Source of the DNA: an uncultured Candidatus Rokubacteria bacterium
GTDB taxonomy: Bacteria; Methylomirabilota; Methylomirabilia; Rokubacteriales; DASRDR01
Direction of reading: 5' to 3'
NCBI GenBank assembly: GCA_963826115.1
Contig: CAWGVS010000005.1
Coordinates: 704,001 to 768,000, forward strand
DNA length: 64,000 bases
The notes beneath the pieces are model-generated. The model was not told the DNA's origin and did not search any database. It worked only from the letters and a program-made list of their open reading frames with translations. The position numbers were made by a program, and so were the translations under genes. Shown in pieces: positions 47,905 to 56,045 of the stretch. Each line of letters starts with the position of its first letter. Within the stretch, counting starts at the first letter, position 1.

Positions 47905-49555
47905 ACTCCGCTACAGCACCCTCGAGCAGCGGGTCCACCGTCACCGTCCCGGTGATTTCGTAGCAGCGACCCTCCGGGGTCTCCCGTGGCGTCAGCGTCA
48001 ACCGGCCCGGCAACAGGCGCCGCAGAATGGGTCGGGCCTCGCTGGGCTCACCGCGCAGCAAGGTGGCCCACTCAGCCAACACCGCGCGCACCATCGCCTT
48101 CAGGGCCGGGGTGACCGTGGGCCGGGTTGACCGACGTCGCGCCTCGACGTTCTGTAGCTGGGCCGCCAGGGTGGCCCGGTGCTGCTCCTGCTCGCGCATC
48201 TTCTCCATCAGGCGCGCCGGGGGCTTGCCATCGGCGATGGCCGACACGAAGTTGTCGAGGATCCGGTCCACTCGCTTCATGTCGCGCTCCAGACGCTGGC
48301 ACTGGGCGTCGAGCGTGGCGTACTGCGCCGCGGCCTCCGCCACGGCCTGCGCCAGCACGTCCTCCAGCAAGGTGGTCGTCAGCACCTCCTCGTCCAACAC
48401 CGCCAGCATCGCCGCGTCCAGGTCGGGCAGGGGCAGGGACCAGCCGTTCGTACAGGTGCCATCGACGCGCCAGCCGTTGCAGACGTAGTAGACGCGCGGG
48501 GTGCCGCGTCGGCTCGTCCGCTTGATTGCATGCATCGCCCCGCCACACGTTCCACAGCGGACCAGGCCTCCGAACAGGTGGCGCGACTCCAGCGCCGGGT
48601 CGGGGCGCGCCCCCGTCTCCCGATGATTGCCGACGCCCCCGGTGTACGTCTGCCGGGTGCGTGCCAGGCGAGCATGGGCGGCGGTCCACAGGGTCTCGGG
48701 GATGATCCGGCACTCGGGCACCTTGACGTCGATCCAGTCGTCGGCAGGGACGGCTTCCTTGACCTTGGTGCCGCCGCGGTCCACCCAGCGTGTCTTGCCG
48801 TAGATCGACCGGCCTCGGTACAGGTCGCGGAAGGCCATCTCCCACAGGCACGTCTTCGCCCACCCTCGGCCCGGTCGTGGCCCCGGCACCCCCTCGGCAT
48901 TGAGCCCGCGGGCGATGCGCGCGTAGCCGCGGCCCTGGGCGATCTCCGTGAACACGCGGGTGACCACGGCGGCCTGGGTCGGGTCGATCACCCGCACCAC
49001 ATGGCCCTCGCGCCGCACGTTGGTGTACCCGTAGACCTTGCCGCCGGCCACGTGGCCGGCGCGTGCCTTGCCCCGCCCGACATCGCGCGCACGCTGCTGG
49101 TCCTGCTGTCGGTGCATCTCATCCACCATCGCCATCGTGGACACTAGGTACCGGTCCAGGAGGGTGTCGCGCTTCACCTCGCTGTCGGTGAGGTAGCAGT
49201 AGATGCGCACCCCGGCGTCGGTGATGCGTTTGAGCGCCACGGGGACCTCCTCCAGCGAGCGTCCCAGCCGGCTTTGCTCCATGGTGACCACCACCTGGAA
49301 TGAGGGCCGGGGTTTCAGGGCGTTCATCAGCCGCAGGAACCCTGGCCGCTTCACGAACTCGGCCCCGCTGATGCCGTCGTCGATGTACACGTGCGCGGGG
49401 TCCACCGTCCAGCCCTTGCGTGTCGCGTAGGCGGTGGCGTGCTCGACCTGGCGGGTGACGCTCTTGGCCTCGTCGGCCACCCCGCCTTGCTCGGTGCTCT
49501 TGCGAGCGTAGATGGCTGCGGTCAGGTGGGGGGGTGCTACACTGGGCCTGCTCAT
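47888..49555 (-). CDS. Large serine recombinase (integrase), integrated form ending within the tRNA antisense
   Basis: AIYARKS catalytic motif, DDGISG, SRLGR, YGY recombinase domain, CGTCG..YYVC..C zinc ribbon, coiled coil; GGAGG RBS before ATG 49555. Confidence 0.95.
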   Translation of the reverse strand: MSRPSVAPPHLTAAIYARKSTEQGGVADEAKSVTRQVEHATAYATRKGWTVDPAHVYIDDGISGAEFVKRPGFLRLMNALKPRPSFQVVVTMEQSRLGRSLEEVPVALKRITDAGVRIYCYLTDSEVKRDTLLDRYLVSTMAMVDEMHRQQDQQRARDVGRGKARAGHVAGGKVYGYTNVRREGHVVRVIDPTQAAVVTRVFTEIAQGRGYARIARGLNAEGVPGPRPGRGWAKTCLWEMAFRDLYRGRSIYGKTRWVDRGGTKVKEAVPADDWIDVKVPECRIIPETLWTAAHARLARTRQTYTGGVGNHRETGARPDPALESRHLFGGLVRCGTCGGAMHAIKRTSRRGTPRVYYVCNGWRVDGTCTNGWSLPLPDLDAAMLAVLDEEVLTTTLLEDVLAQAVAEAAAQYATLDAQCQRLERDMKRVDRILDNFVSAIADGKPPARLMEKMREQEQHRATLAAQLQNVEARRRSTRPTVTPALKAMVRAVLAEWATLLRGEPSEARPILRRLLPGRLTLTPRETPEGRCYEITGTVTVDPLLEGAVAELVPPG

Positions 49556-49663
49556 CACGGTCCTCCTCCAAAGGTCGGGCTTGATGGGCCAGCGCCCGGC
49601 GGTGTGCACCGCGCGGGCGCTACCTATTTACGGTCACGCAGCATACACGACCGTCCTGCCAGG

Positions 49664-51046
49664 CTACGCTCTCTTCGCCGACGCCCTCGGCCCCGGCCCC
49701 TCCGTGCGTGCCATGGTCGCGACGGGGGCGGGGATACCCGAGATCAACGCGAACCACGTCTCCCGCGAGACGACCACATCGGCGCGCAGCACGGCCCGAA
49801 TCCACAGTTGGTAGGCCGCGAATGCGCTACCGCTGCTGTCGGCCGCGTCCCGACTGATGGTCAGTTCCAGGGCCAGCCGCAGGCAGATGAACAGGTTCGC
49901 GAACGGCCCGAGGTAGGCTTCGCTTTCGTTTGTCCCGGCGCCGCCGGTGGCACTCACCTGCGTGGTGACGAACTTCTGGAGCCGGCCCCAAGACTCCGGG
50001 GGCCGCAGCGGCTGCTGGGTGCTGTCCTTCAGGCGATCCAGCGCCCCGGCATCCCGCGGGTGCAGAATCAACGACACGCCCTCCGCCGGCCCGTTGGCCG
50101 CCAGGATTCCTTCGTAGGCTTCGCTGATCGTGTCGTAGGTCAGCGCGCCGCCGGCCGGCATCGCGATGATGCCAGGCGTGAACTTGATGCCGCGCGGCTG
50201 GTCCTGGCCGGCGGCGGAGGGATCGCCCCGAAGGGCCGCGAGGTCGAGGCCGTTCGCGAGTTCCTCGCCGAAGACCTGCTCGATGACCGGCGGCGCGCTG
50301 GGCGAGCTGTCCCGGGCCAGCTCTTCGCTCATCTTCACCCAAATCATCTGCGTCCGCGCCTTCGCGGACACGCGATCCAGCACCACGTCGGTCGCCGGGG
50401 CGGCGACATTCTCCGGCTTCCAGAGCGGCGGCCCGGCCGACACGACTCGGGCGAAGTGTAGTTCCTGCGTGTCCATCGGAATCGTGCGAGCCCCGGCCCG
50501 AAAGACGGTACTGGCGGCGCGCGCGCGGTCCAACACATCGAGGGCTATCGCCTCCGGGACGAGATAGCCGCCACTGGCGCCGGGGCTGGTGGCCATCACG
50601 CGCTGTTCGGCCTGGGCGTCGCGCCAGTCCCCGGTGATGATCGCCCGCAGGGCGCGACCGAACGAGAGGTCGCCCGGCCGGATACCATCCGGCAACCGCA
50701 CCGGCACGTGGCTGCGCAGCGACTCGGATGGCGTCAGCGCCAGCACAGACCCTCGGTCGCTGATCGCCGCGTCCTCCTGCCGGCGAGCGGCCCGGGTCGG
50801 CAGCGGCTCGCTCAGTTCGCGCTCCACCGCGTCGAGGTTCTCGCGGCCGGCGATGTACGACCGCCGCGGGGCGTGGTCGGGGTCGAGGGCGGCGATCTGC
50901 TCGGCCGCGCGGCCCTGCACCAAGTCGAGGCGATCCCACTCGGCCGACTCCGTGTCGGTCATCGCGCGGCCCTCGGTGCTGGCCACCAGGGCGCGCATGG
51001 ACTGGACGATTTCTCCCCGCTTCTGCCGTAATTCCGTGAGGGTCAT
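49664..51046 (-). CDS. HK97-fold phage major capsid protein with N-terminal delta domain
   Basis: LTELRQKR coiled-coil start, SGGYLVPE, W.PEN, KMSEEL.RDS, D.AAL.GD..QPRGI, LKDSTQQPL. Confidence 0.9.
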   Translation of the reverse strand: MTLTELRQKRGEIVQSMRALVASTEGRAMTDTESAEWDRLDLVQGRAAEQIAALDPDHAPRRSYIAGRENLDAVERELSEPLPTRAARRQEDAAISDRGSVLALTPSESLRSHVPVRLPDGIRPGDLSFGRALRAIITGDWRDAQAEQRVMATSPGASGGYLVPEAIALDVLDRARAASTVFRAGARTIPMDTQELHFARVVSAGPPLWKPENVAAPATDVVLDRVSAKARTQMIWVKMSEELARDSSPSAPPVIEQVFGEELANGLDLAALRGDPSAAGQDQPRGIKFTPGIIAMPAGGALTYDTISEAYEGILAANGPAEGVSLILHPRDAGALDRLKDSTQQPLRPPESWGRLQKFVTTQVSATGGAGTNESEAYLGPFANLFICLRLALELTISRDAADSSGSAFAAYQLWIRAVLRADVVVSRETWFALISGIPAPVATMARTEGPGPRASAKRA

Positions 51047-51323
51047 CGGGCACGCTCCCCTACTGCGGGCCTCGGGAGCGGGTGGGAGGGCGTGGCGGAG
51101 GCCCAATCGTGGCCACGCGTCCACCCGCCCCCGAAGCACGCATGCTCGGACGGTGATGGTCGCGCGCCTGATCGCCTGAGCCACAGCCGGCGGGCCAGCG
51201 CAGCGCCGGTCGCGCCCGGTGCCCCACAGGGCCGCGCGCGCCGGTGGCCGGTTCAGTTGTGGGCGCATCATATGGCAGAGCGGGGCTGAGAAGGCAAATC
51301 CCCCTGGTGATACCCTGGTGCCC

Positions 51324-52082
51324 GTGTCTCCGCGGGTCGAAGTCCTTCCCATCCGCCTGATGCTGCCGGGAGCCTTGCCCGAGAGCGACGTTCGCACGGT
51401 CCCGCTCCTGCGGCTCATGGCGGCCACGAACGACACCCGCCTGATGGAGCGGCTGTTCTTGGTGACCCGCCGGCCCGAGAATCACATCGAGAGGCTCGTA
51501 TGCCTCGCAGAGGCGGGCTACTACGGTCGCATGTTCCTGGCGCACCTCTACGAAAGCGGAGAGGCGCTCGGAGCCTTGGACCATGTGGCCCACGCCTGGG
51601 TGACGAACACCGCCGCCAGCTCGGCTGAAGCCCAGGCGGCACTGACCAGCTTGCGGGAGGCCTTTGCGGGTGAACCCACGGCGGGCTTCTACGGGTTCTT
51701 GGCGTGGATGCGCACGAAGGCCGCGTTCCACTACAAGGACGCCTCGTTCCGGGACGCACTGAAGACCACCGGGAGGCAATCGGGCCACGTCATCCTCGGT
51801 AGGTATGCCGGAGCGAGTCGGTACATCGTCGTGGACGTCCTGATGGATGAGGTCCTCAAGAAGGCGGGGAAGGAGATGATGGTGGACTACGACGCGGCCC
51901 TTGGTCGCGCGGTCGAACTGGGGAACGCCCTGGAGCGGCTCGTCGCCCATCTCCTCACCCACTACCTGCAGGAGCGCCCTGCCACGTGGCGCGAGGAACC
52001 GTGGGAGACGGTGCACTGGCCCGCAGCCCTGAGGAAGCGGACGAAACAAAGCGAGACAGACGAAGGGCCGCCGGCATGCTAG
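51324..52082 (+). CDS. Accessory protein with HEPN-like RxxxxxH motif
   Basis: Long ORF opposite to the element operon; WMRTKAAFHY at about 51705-51734; start uncertain (possible leaderless GTG after TGaTACCCT). Confidence 0.65.
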   Translation: MSPRVEVLPIRLMLPGALPESDVRTVPLLRLMAATNDTRLMERLFLVTRRPENHIERLVCLAEAGYYGRMFLAHLYESGEALGALDHVAHAWVTNTAASSAEAQAALTSLREAFAGEPTAGFYGFLAWMRTKAAFHYKDASFRDALKTTGRQSGHVILGRYAGASRYIVVDVLMDEVLKKAGKEMMVDYDAALGRAVELGNALERLVAHLLTHYLQERPATWREEPWETVHWPAALRKRTKQSETDEGPPAC

Positions 52083-52456
52083 GCCTGGCCCTCCTGATTC
52101 GTTTCGGCCGCCGCGGTGATCTCGGCCCAGGGCACCGCGAGTAGTTCCGTCAGTTGCACGTCCCGGCCTTCGGCATCCACGGGAAACAGCATGACCCGGT
52201 CGAATCCCAGCAGTCCCGCACAGGCGGCATTGAAGCGCGTGGACTCCTGGAAGAAGCGCCGGATGGTGGCCCAGCGTTCCCGTTCCGCGTCATCCGTGGC
52301 CCGCCGCTCGTTGAGCCAGTGCCGCGCATCCCGGTCGAATCCGTAGGCCAGCGCCCCCAGCACGTTCAGCGGCTGGCCCTGCAGCAGCCGCACCGTCTGC
52401 AGGTGGGCCAAGGCCACCGCGGTGCCGGGTGTCATCGGTCCGGGGTCGGTTGTCAT
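52079..52456 (-). CDS. Hypothetical protein (125 aa)
   Basis: ATGA overlap with terS, GGAGG RBS. Confidence 0.7.
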   Translation of the reverse strand: MTTDPGPMTPGTAVALAHLQTVRLLQGQPLNVLGALAYGFDRDARHWLNERRATDDAERERWATIRRFFQESTRFNAACAGLLGFDRVMLFPVDAEGRDVQLTELLAVPWAEITAAAETNQEGQA

Positions 52457-52926
52457 GGGCGGCCCCCCTCCTGCGCCCGCAGCAGTGACTCCATGGCGTC
52501 CGGCGGGGCCGCGGGCGTTAACGGTTCCACCGTGCCGCGGGCTGCCGGTGCCAGCCCCAGCGCGCGCAATGCGAGCAGACAACGGCGCCACGCATCGGCC
52601 ATCAGCGCGCACTCGGGCCGTACCCGGATGAGTCCGTTGTGGGCGTACGACTCTCCGTGCTCACGGAGGAACGCGCGGTGCCGATCGAAGTCGGCCCGTG
52701 CACTGGCCGCCAGCAGGATCGCGGCGCCGTCTCCCCGCGTGGCGAGCCGCTGCGCGTCCATCTCGGCCGCCAGGGCGTCGTAGTGGGCGCGCACGTCAGC
52801 ATCGAGCCCCAGCGGGGCCGGCGGCGCTCCCACGTCCGCGGGTTTCATCTCCAGCGCCGGCCGCTCGCGGTCGGGGCGCAGCGTGCCGCGGCGGGCCTTC
52901 GATTCACGGCGACGGCGAGGAGGCAT
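52453..52926 (-). CDS. Phage terminase small subunit, P27 family
   Basis: RGTLRPDR, PPAPLGL, G....RP...M.DAWRR, LGLAPAAR. Confidence 0.85.
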   Translation of the reverse strand: MPPRRRRESKARRGTLRPDRERPALEMKPADVGAPPAPLGLDADVRAHYDALAAEMDAQRLATRGDGAAILLAASARADFDRHRAFLREHGESYAHNGLIRVRPECALMADAWRRCLLALRALGLAPAARGTVEPLTPAAPPDAMESLLRAQEGGRP

Positions 52927-52949
52927 CAGTCAGACCACCGGGTGCCCAG

Positions 52950-53045
52950 GAATCTCGGCGCGCGTGGCCATCGGACCGTCGTGCCTGCGCAGGCGGGTAG
53001 GGACCACTCAGGCGCTAGCTTTTTGCCCCGCCCTCCCCCGCGCGA
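52950..53045 (-). other. Candidate cos/packaging site
   Basis: Non-coding gap upstream of terS reading GGGGGAGGGCGGGGCAAAAAG..ACCCGCC..GCGCGCCGAGATT on the minus strand. Confidence 0.5.
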
Positions 53046-53153
53046 ATCCGACGCACAGGCCACAAGGTGGCCCGCCGTCCCCACGCCCAGCCCTTGGCCT
53101 ATGTGCACGTAGCTCCCCCCTCCACCCCCGTGGGGCTCAGGGCAACGTCGGGG

Positions 53154-53390
53154 TCATGCATGGAGCGGGCAGGCGCACCGCGCGGGGTGCGGGGGCATCG
53201 GAGCCGTCGGGCAGTTCCCGCAATCGCAGCCCGCCCGGTGGGGCTGGTTGAGCCGCAGGAGTCGCATCCCGAACACGCGCTTCCGCATCCGGCGAAACCG
53301 CGGCGGGGGCTTCTGCTCTTTCTGTGCGGCTGCGACGGCGCGGTAGGCGTCCTTCGGGGTGGTGCTGTCGTCGTTCGTCCTGTCCGTCAT
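53154..53390 (-). CDS. Small basic Cys/His-rich protein (78 aa)
   Basis: AGGGAG RBS; ends HRAGCDCGNCPTAPMPPHPARCACPLHA. Confidence 0.55.
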   Translation of the reverse strand: MTDRTNDDSTTPKDAYRAVAAAQKEQKPPPRFRRMRKRVFGMRLLRLNQPHRAGCDCGNCPTAPMPPHPARCACPLHA

Positions 53391-53473
53391 GGTCGTGTCC
53401 TCCCTGCTGTTGGTGTGGGGCTGGGGCGCTCCATCAAAGAGGCCGATCTCCAGGTCGCTCCATCGCCGGCCCA

Positions 53474-53755
53474 TCATCGAAGCTCCTGCAGGTCGGGCGT
53501 GCGTGCTCGGTGCCGCCAGCGGTGCAGCAGCTTGCGCACGTTGGGCGGCACCGCGTACTCGGTCAGAGCCGCGCGCTCCAGCAACCCCGGCCAGTCCCGC
53601 GTGCGCACCTGCACCAGCACCACGTCGGTGGTGCCGATGCCGACGATGTCCCACTCGCCCAACGAGGCCGCACTGCGCGTGCAGCGGTAACCCGCGGCTT
53701 CCAGCAGGGCCATGGAGCGGTGCTCGTTCCGGGTGCCCTTCCGCTTCGCGTTCAC
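53474..53755 (-). CDS. Hjc-like PD-(D/E)XK Holliday-junction resolvase
   Basis: NAKRKGTRNE..LEAAGY...RSAAS..WDIVG..VLVQVR. Confidence 0.75.
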   Translation of the reverse strand: MNAKRKGTRNEHRSMALLEAAGYRCTRSAASLGEWDIVGIGTTDVVLVQVRTRDWPGLLERAALTEYAVPPNVRKLLHRWRHRARTPDLQELR

Positions 53756-54283
53756 TCCAGGGGCTCCAACGACGACGGCCGCTGCGGCAGGCGGGCACCG
53801 AGACGACGCGGGCCGGGGTCGGCGGCCGGTGCCGGCGGGGGTGAGGGCACGCTCGGCTGCGGGGCCGGCGCCAGGGCGCTCGCCCGGTGCAGAAACTCCG
53901 GGGGCAGGCCGCCCAGCCGGCGCAGCGCCTGGGTGTACACGGCCTGCACGACGGCCTCTTGCTGCTGGAGCCACTGAAGCTCCCGGCGGAACGGAGCCAG
54001 CCGATGGTCGCGGGTGCGGGCCGTCGTGGCCGTCGCGAGCGCCGTGCAGCCGGCTGACGACGGTCTCCGTGCAGCGTGGGCAGGCCAACGCGGTGCTCTG
54101 GTCCTCCGTGTTGAAGACTGCGAACGTGACGAGGAAGTGATCGAGCAGGACCCCACACCAGGCGCAGCGGGTCAGTCGGGGCACGAACCACGACAGACGG
54201 TCAATCGGTGGCGGCACCGGTCGCCGGCGGCGCGGCTTGCCCTTCTTCGTCGGCTGGGTCATGTCGTCGGGCTGGCCGCTCAT
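53752..54283 (-). CDS. Zn-finger hypothetical protein(s), frame ambiguous
   Basis: ATGA-coupled to rep; CAWC..CPRC; a second coding-like frame ends at 53752 with GTGA overlap onto the Hjc start. Confidence 0.5.
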
Positions 54284-55266
54284 GCGGCCTCCGCCCCGAC
54301 GTTGCCCGCGCCCCAGCCATACCGAACCAGATCGCCCCAGCGGCGCGGTCGGCCCGTCACGCTGGGGTCGTCGTCGGGGTCGGCCACCTCCAGGTCGTCT
54401 CCTGGTGGCGGGGCCGGTGCCTGCGCCCCGCCGTCGTCGCCGGTCGGGTGATCGTCGTTCTCGGTGTGCATCCGTGCCTCCGGTTCTCGCCCGTAGGTTG
54501 CGCAGCGCGCCAGCGTGGCCATGAATCCATCGTCGCGGTCCAGGATCGGTCCGATCCGCTCCGGTCCGGTTTCGATCCGGCCCCTTGAGGCTGAAAGCCC
54601 ATCCGAACCCCCCCGTGCGTCGGGGGGGTAGGGGGGGTTCTTTCGAACCCTTTCTGTCGGAGTCTGAGAAGAAGTCGGCGGGACCATCGGCGCTCGCGTG
54701 TCTGGGACCATCGGCGCTCGCGCAACACCCGGCGCGGAATCGGTAGACCTGGAGCGGCGATTCCTGGGCGATACCATCGGCGCTCGCGGGTCGTCTACCA
54801 TCGGCGCTACCATCGGCGCTGACCCCCCTAGCATCGGCGCTCCGCTGGGCTGCACCATCGGCGCTGGCGCCAGGCCGTCACTCCGTGATGGCACGTCTTC
54901 GTGCGGGGTTGCGGTGCCACGGACCATCGGCGGTGACGCGCCGTGTACCATCGGCGCTTCCAGGCCCATGGCCCCCGGCAGGATGCGGATGGTGGTGAAG
55001 CCGGCGCTGCCCTCGTCGGGGTACCGCACAGCCTCCGTGGCGATCCAGCCGCGGGTCCGCAAGGTCTGAAGGAACCGACTCACGGCACGCGGGCTCCACC
55101 CCCAGCGCCGGGCGAGTTCGACCTGGGACGTGTCGAGCACCAGCGCGCCTGTGTGCCAGTGTGCGGAGAGCAACAGGTACAGCCAGGCGTCCAGGCGGTT
55201 GATGCGTCCCGTTGGCCAGAGCGGATCATCCAGGAGCGAACGCGGCAGCTTCACCCAGCCGGTCAT
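54280..55266 (-). CDS. Phage replication initiator (replisome-organiser type wHTH)
   Basis: GWVKLPRS..W..RLDAWLYLLL..LARRWGWS..V.RFL; KNPPYPP motif; internal iterons. Confidence 0.85.
   Translation of the reverse strand: MTGWVKLPRSLLDDPLWPTGRINRLDAWLYLLLSAHWHTGALVLDTSQVELARRWGWSPRAVSRFLQTLRTRGWIATEAVRYPDEGSAGFTTIRILPGAMGLEAPMVHGASPPMVRGTATPHEDVPSRSDGLAPAPMVQPSGAPMLGGSAPMVAPMVDDPRAPMVSPRNRRSRSTDSAPGVARAPMVPDTRAPMVPPTSSQTPTERVRKNPPYPPDARGGSDGLSASRGRIETGPERIGPILDRDDGFMATLARCATYGREPEARMHTENDDHPTGDDGGAQAPAPPPGDDLEVADPDDDPSVTGRPRRWGDLVRYGWGAGNVGAEAA
54683..54958. repeat. Iteron array (putative ori) within rep
   Basis: ACCATCGGCGCT perfect at 54683, 54707, 54773, 54797, 54809, 54854, 54947; one-mismatch copies at 54830, 54923. 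Confidence 0.85.
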
Positions 55267-55469
55267 TCCCTCGTCTCCGGCCGAGTGCCCGGCTGGTCCG
55301 ACTCCGCGGCCAGCCGACGCTCGGCCTCGCGCAGGATCATCCTCGCCAGCAGGCCCACCAGGTCCTCGTACTCGACCGACCCGCGGGTCGGCACGCGGAA
55401 GAGCCGTGCACCGGCGACCGGCCGCGCCTGGTGGATCACGCGGGCGGGGCGGGGGCGCGCTGTCCTCAT
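55263..55469 (-). CDS. Small hypothetical protein (68 aa)
   Basis: ATGA overlaps with both the HTH and rep genes; amphipathic helix LVGLLARMILREAERR. Confidence 0.7.
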   Translation of the reverse strand: MRTARPRPARVIHQARPVAGARLFRVPTRGSVEYEDLVGLLARMILREAERRLAAESDQPGTRPETRE

Positions 55470-55687
55470 GGCTGGCCGTTGCGGGCGAGAGGCGGGTCGA
55501 ACAGGTTGCCCAGCGGGACGCGGAGGGAGCGAGCAAGGCGCACCTTGGTCTGCCAGGACGGCACGGACAGACCTCGTTCCGCGCGCGAGATGGTGCCGAT
55601 GTCGAGGCCGGTCAGGTGGGAGAGGTCGCGCAGCGTGAGGCCACGCTCCTTCCGCCAGCGCCGCAGAGGATGCGGGTGCGCGCCCAT
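55466..55687 (-). CDS. XRE/Cro-like HTH regulator
   Basis: LRRWRKERGLTLRDLS.LTGL...TISRAERG. Confidence 0.9.
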   Translation of the reverse strand: MGAHPHPLRRWRKERGLTLRDLSHLTGLDIGTISRAERGLSVPSWQTKVRLARSLRVPLGNLFDPPLARNGQP

Positions 55688-55892
55688 GGGTCCACCACGC
55701 GGTCACAAGGTGGCTGGCGAGCGCGAAGCGGCACCGCCATGGTGCTGAACCGCTCGCCGGACCGGCACCCGCTCGTTGTGTGGGCGCGCGCGCAGGTGCT
55801 CGCTGAGAGCACCGCCGATCCGCGATGTGGGTGGGGACGCGGGGTGGTGCTCTCAGCCGTATCATCTACACCGGCCCCATGGGCAGCGCAAC

Positions 55893-55920
55893 AAAAAAAC
55901 GCTTGGCTCGGGTCGCCGCG
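55893..55920 (-). terminator. Putative intrinsic terminator after the inner integrase tail
   Basis: CGCGGC-GACCCGA-GCCAAGCG followed by T7 on the minus strand, immediately after TGA 55921-55923. Confidence 0.5.
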
Positions 55921-55995
55921 TCAGGCGGCGCGACGAAGGGTGACGATTGTCCGGATCGGCCAGGCGTAGCGCGGGCCGGACCCCGCCGGGGGCAC
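55921..55995 (-). other. attP half-site encoding integrase C-terminal tail (inner copy)
   Basis: Reads VPPAGSGPRYAWPIRTIVTLRRAA* in the integrase frame across the core. Confidence 0.8.
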
Positions 55996-56045
55996 ACCCT
56001 TACACCTGGTGCGCGGTGCTATCCAGAATTCGCGCGGGCGCCCGC

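Noticed and set aside
49556-49609. Longer ORF-track starts for the integrase (49609), capsid (51436) and rep (55536)
   Set aside because: Downstream ATGs have clear RBSs or ATGA coupling and coincide with domain starts
49630-49654. ACGGTC..GACCGT inverted repeat between capsid and integrase as an operator or terminator
   Set aside because: Only 6-bp arms and no U-tract; could be chance
54683-54958. Repeat cluster as a CRISPR array
   Set aside because: Units are only 12 bp, spacing is irregular (0-57 nt), they lie within a CDS, and there are no cas genes
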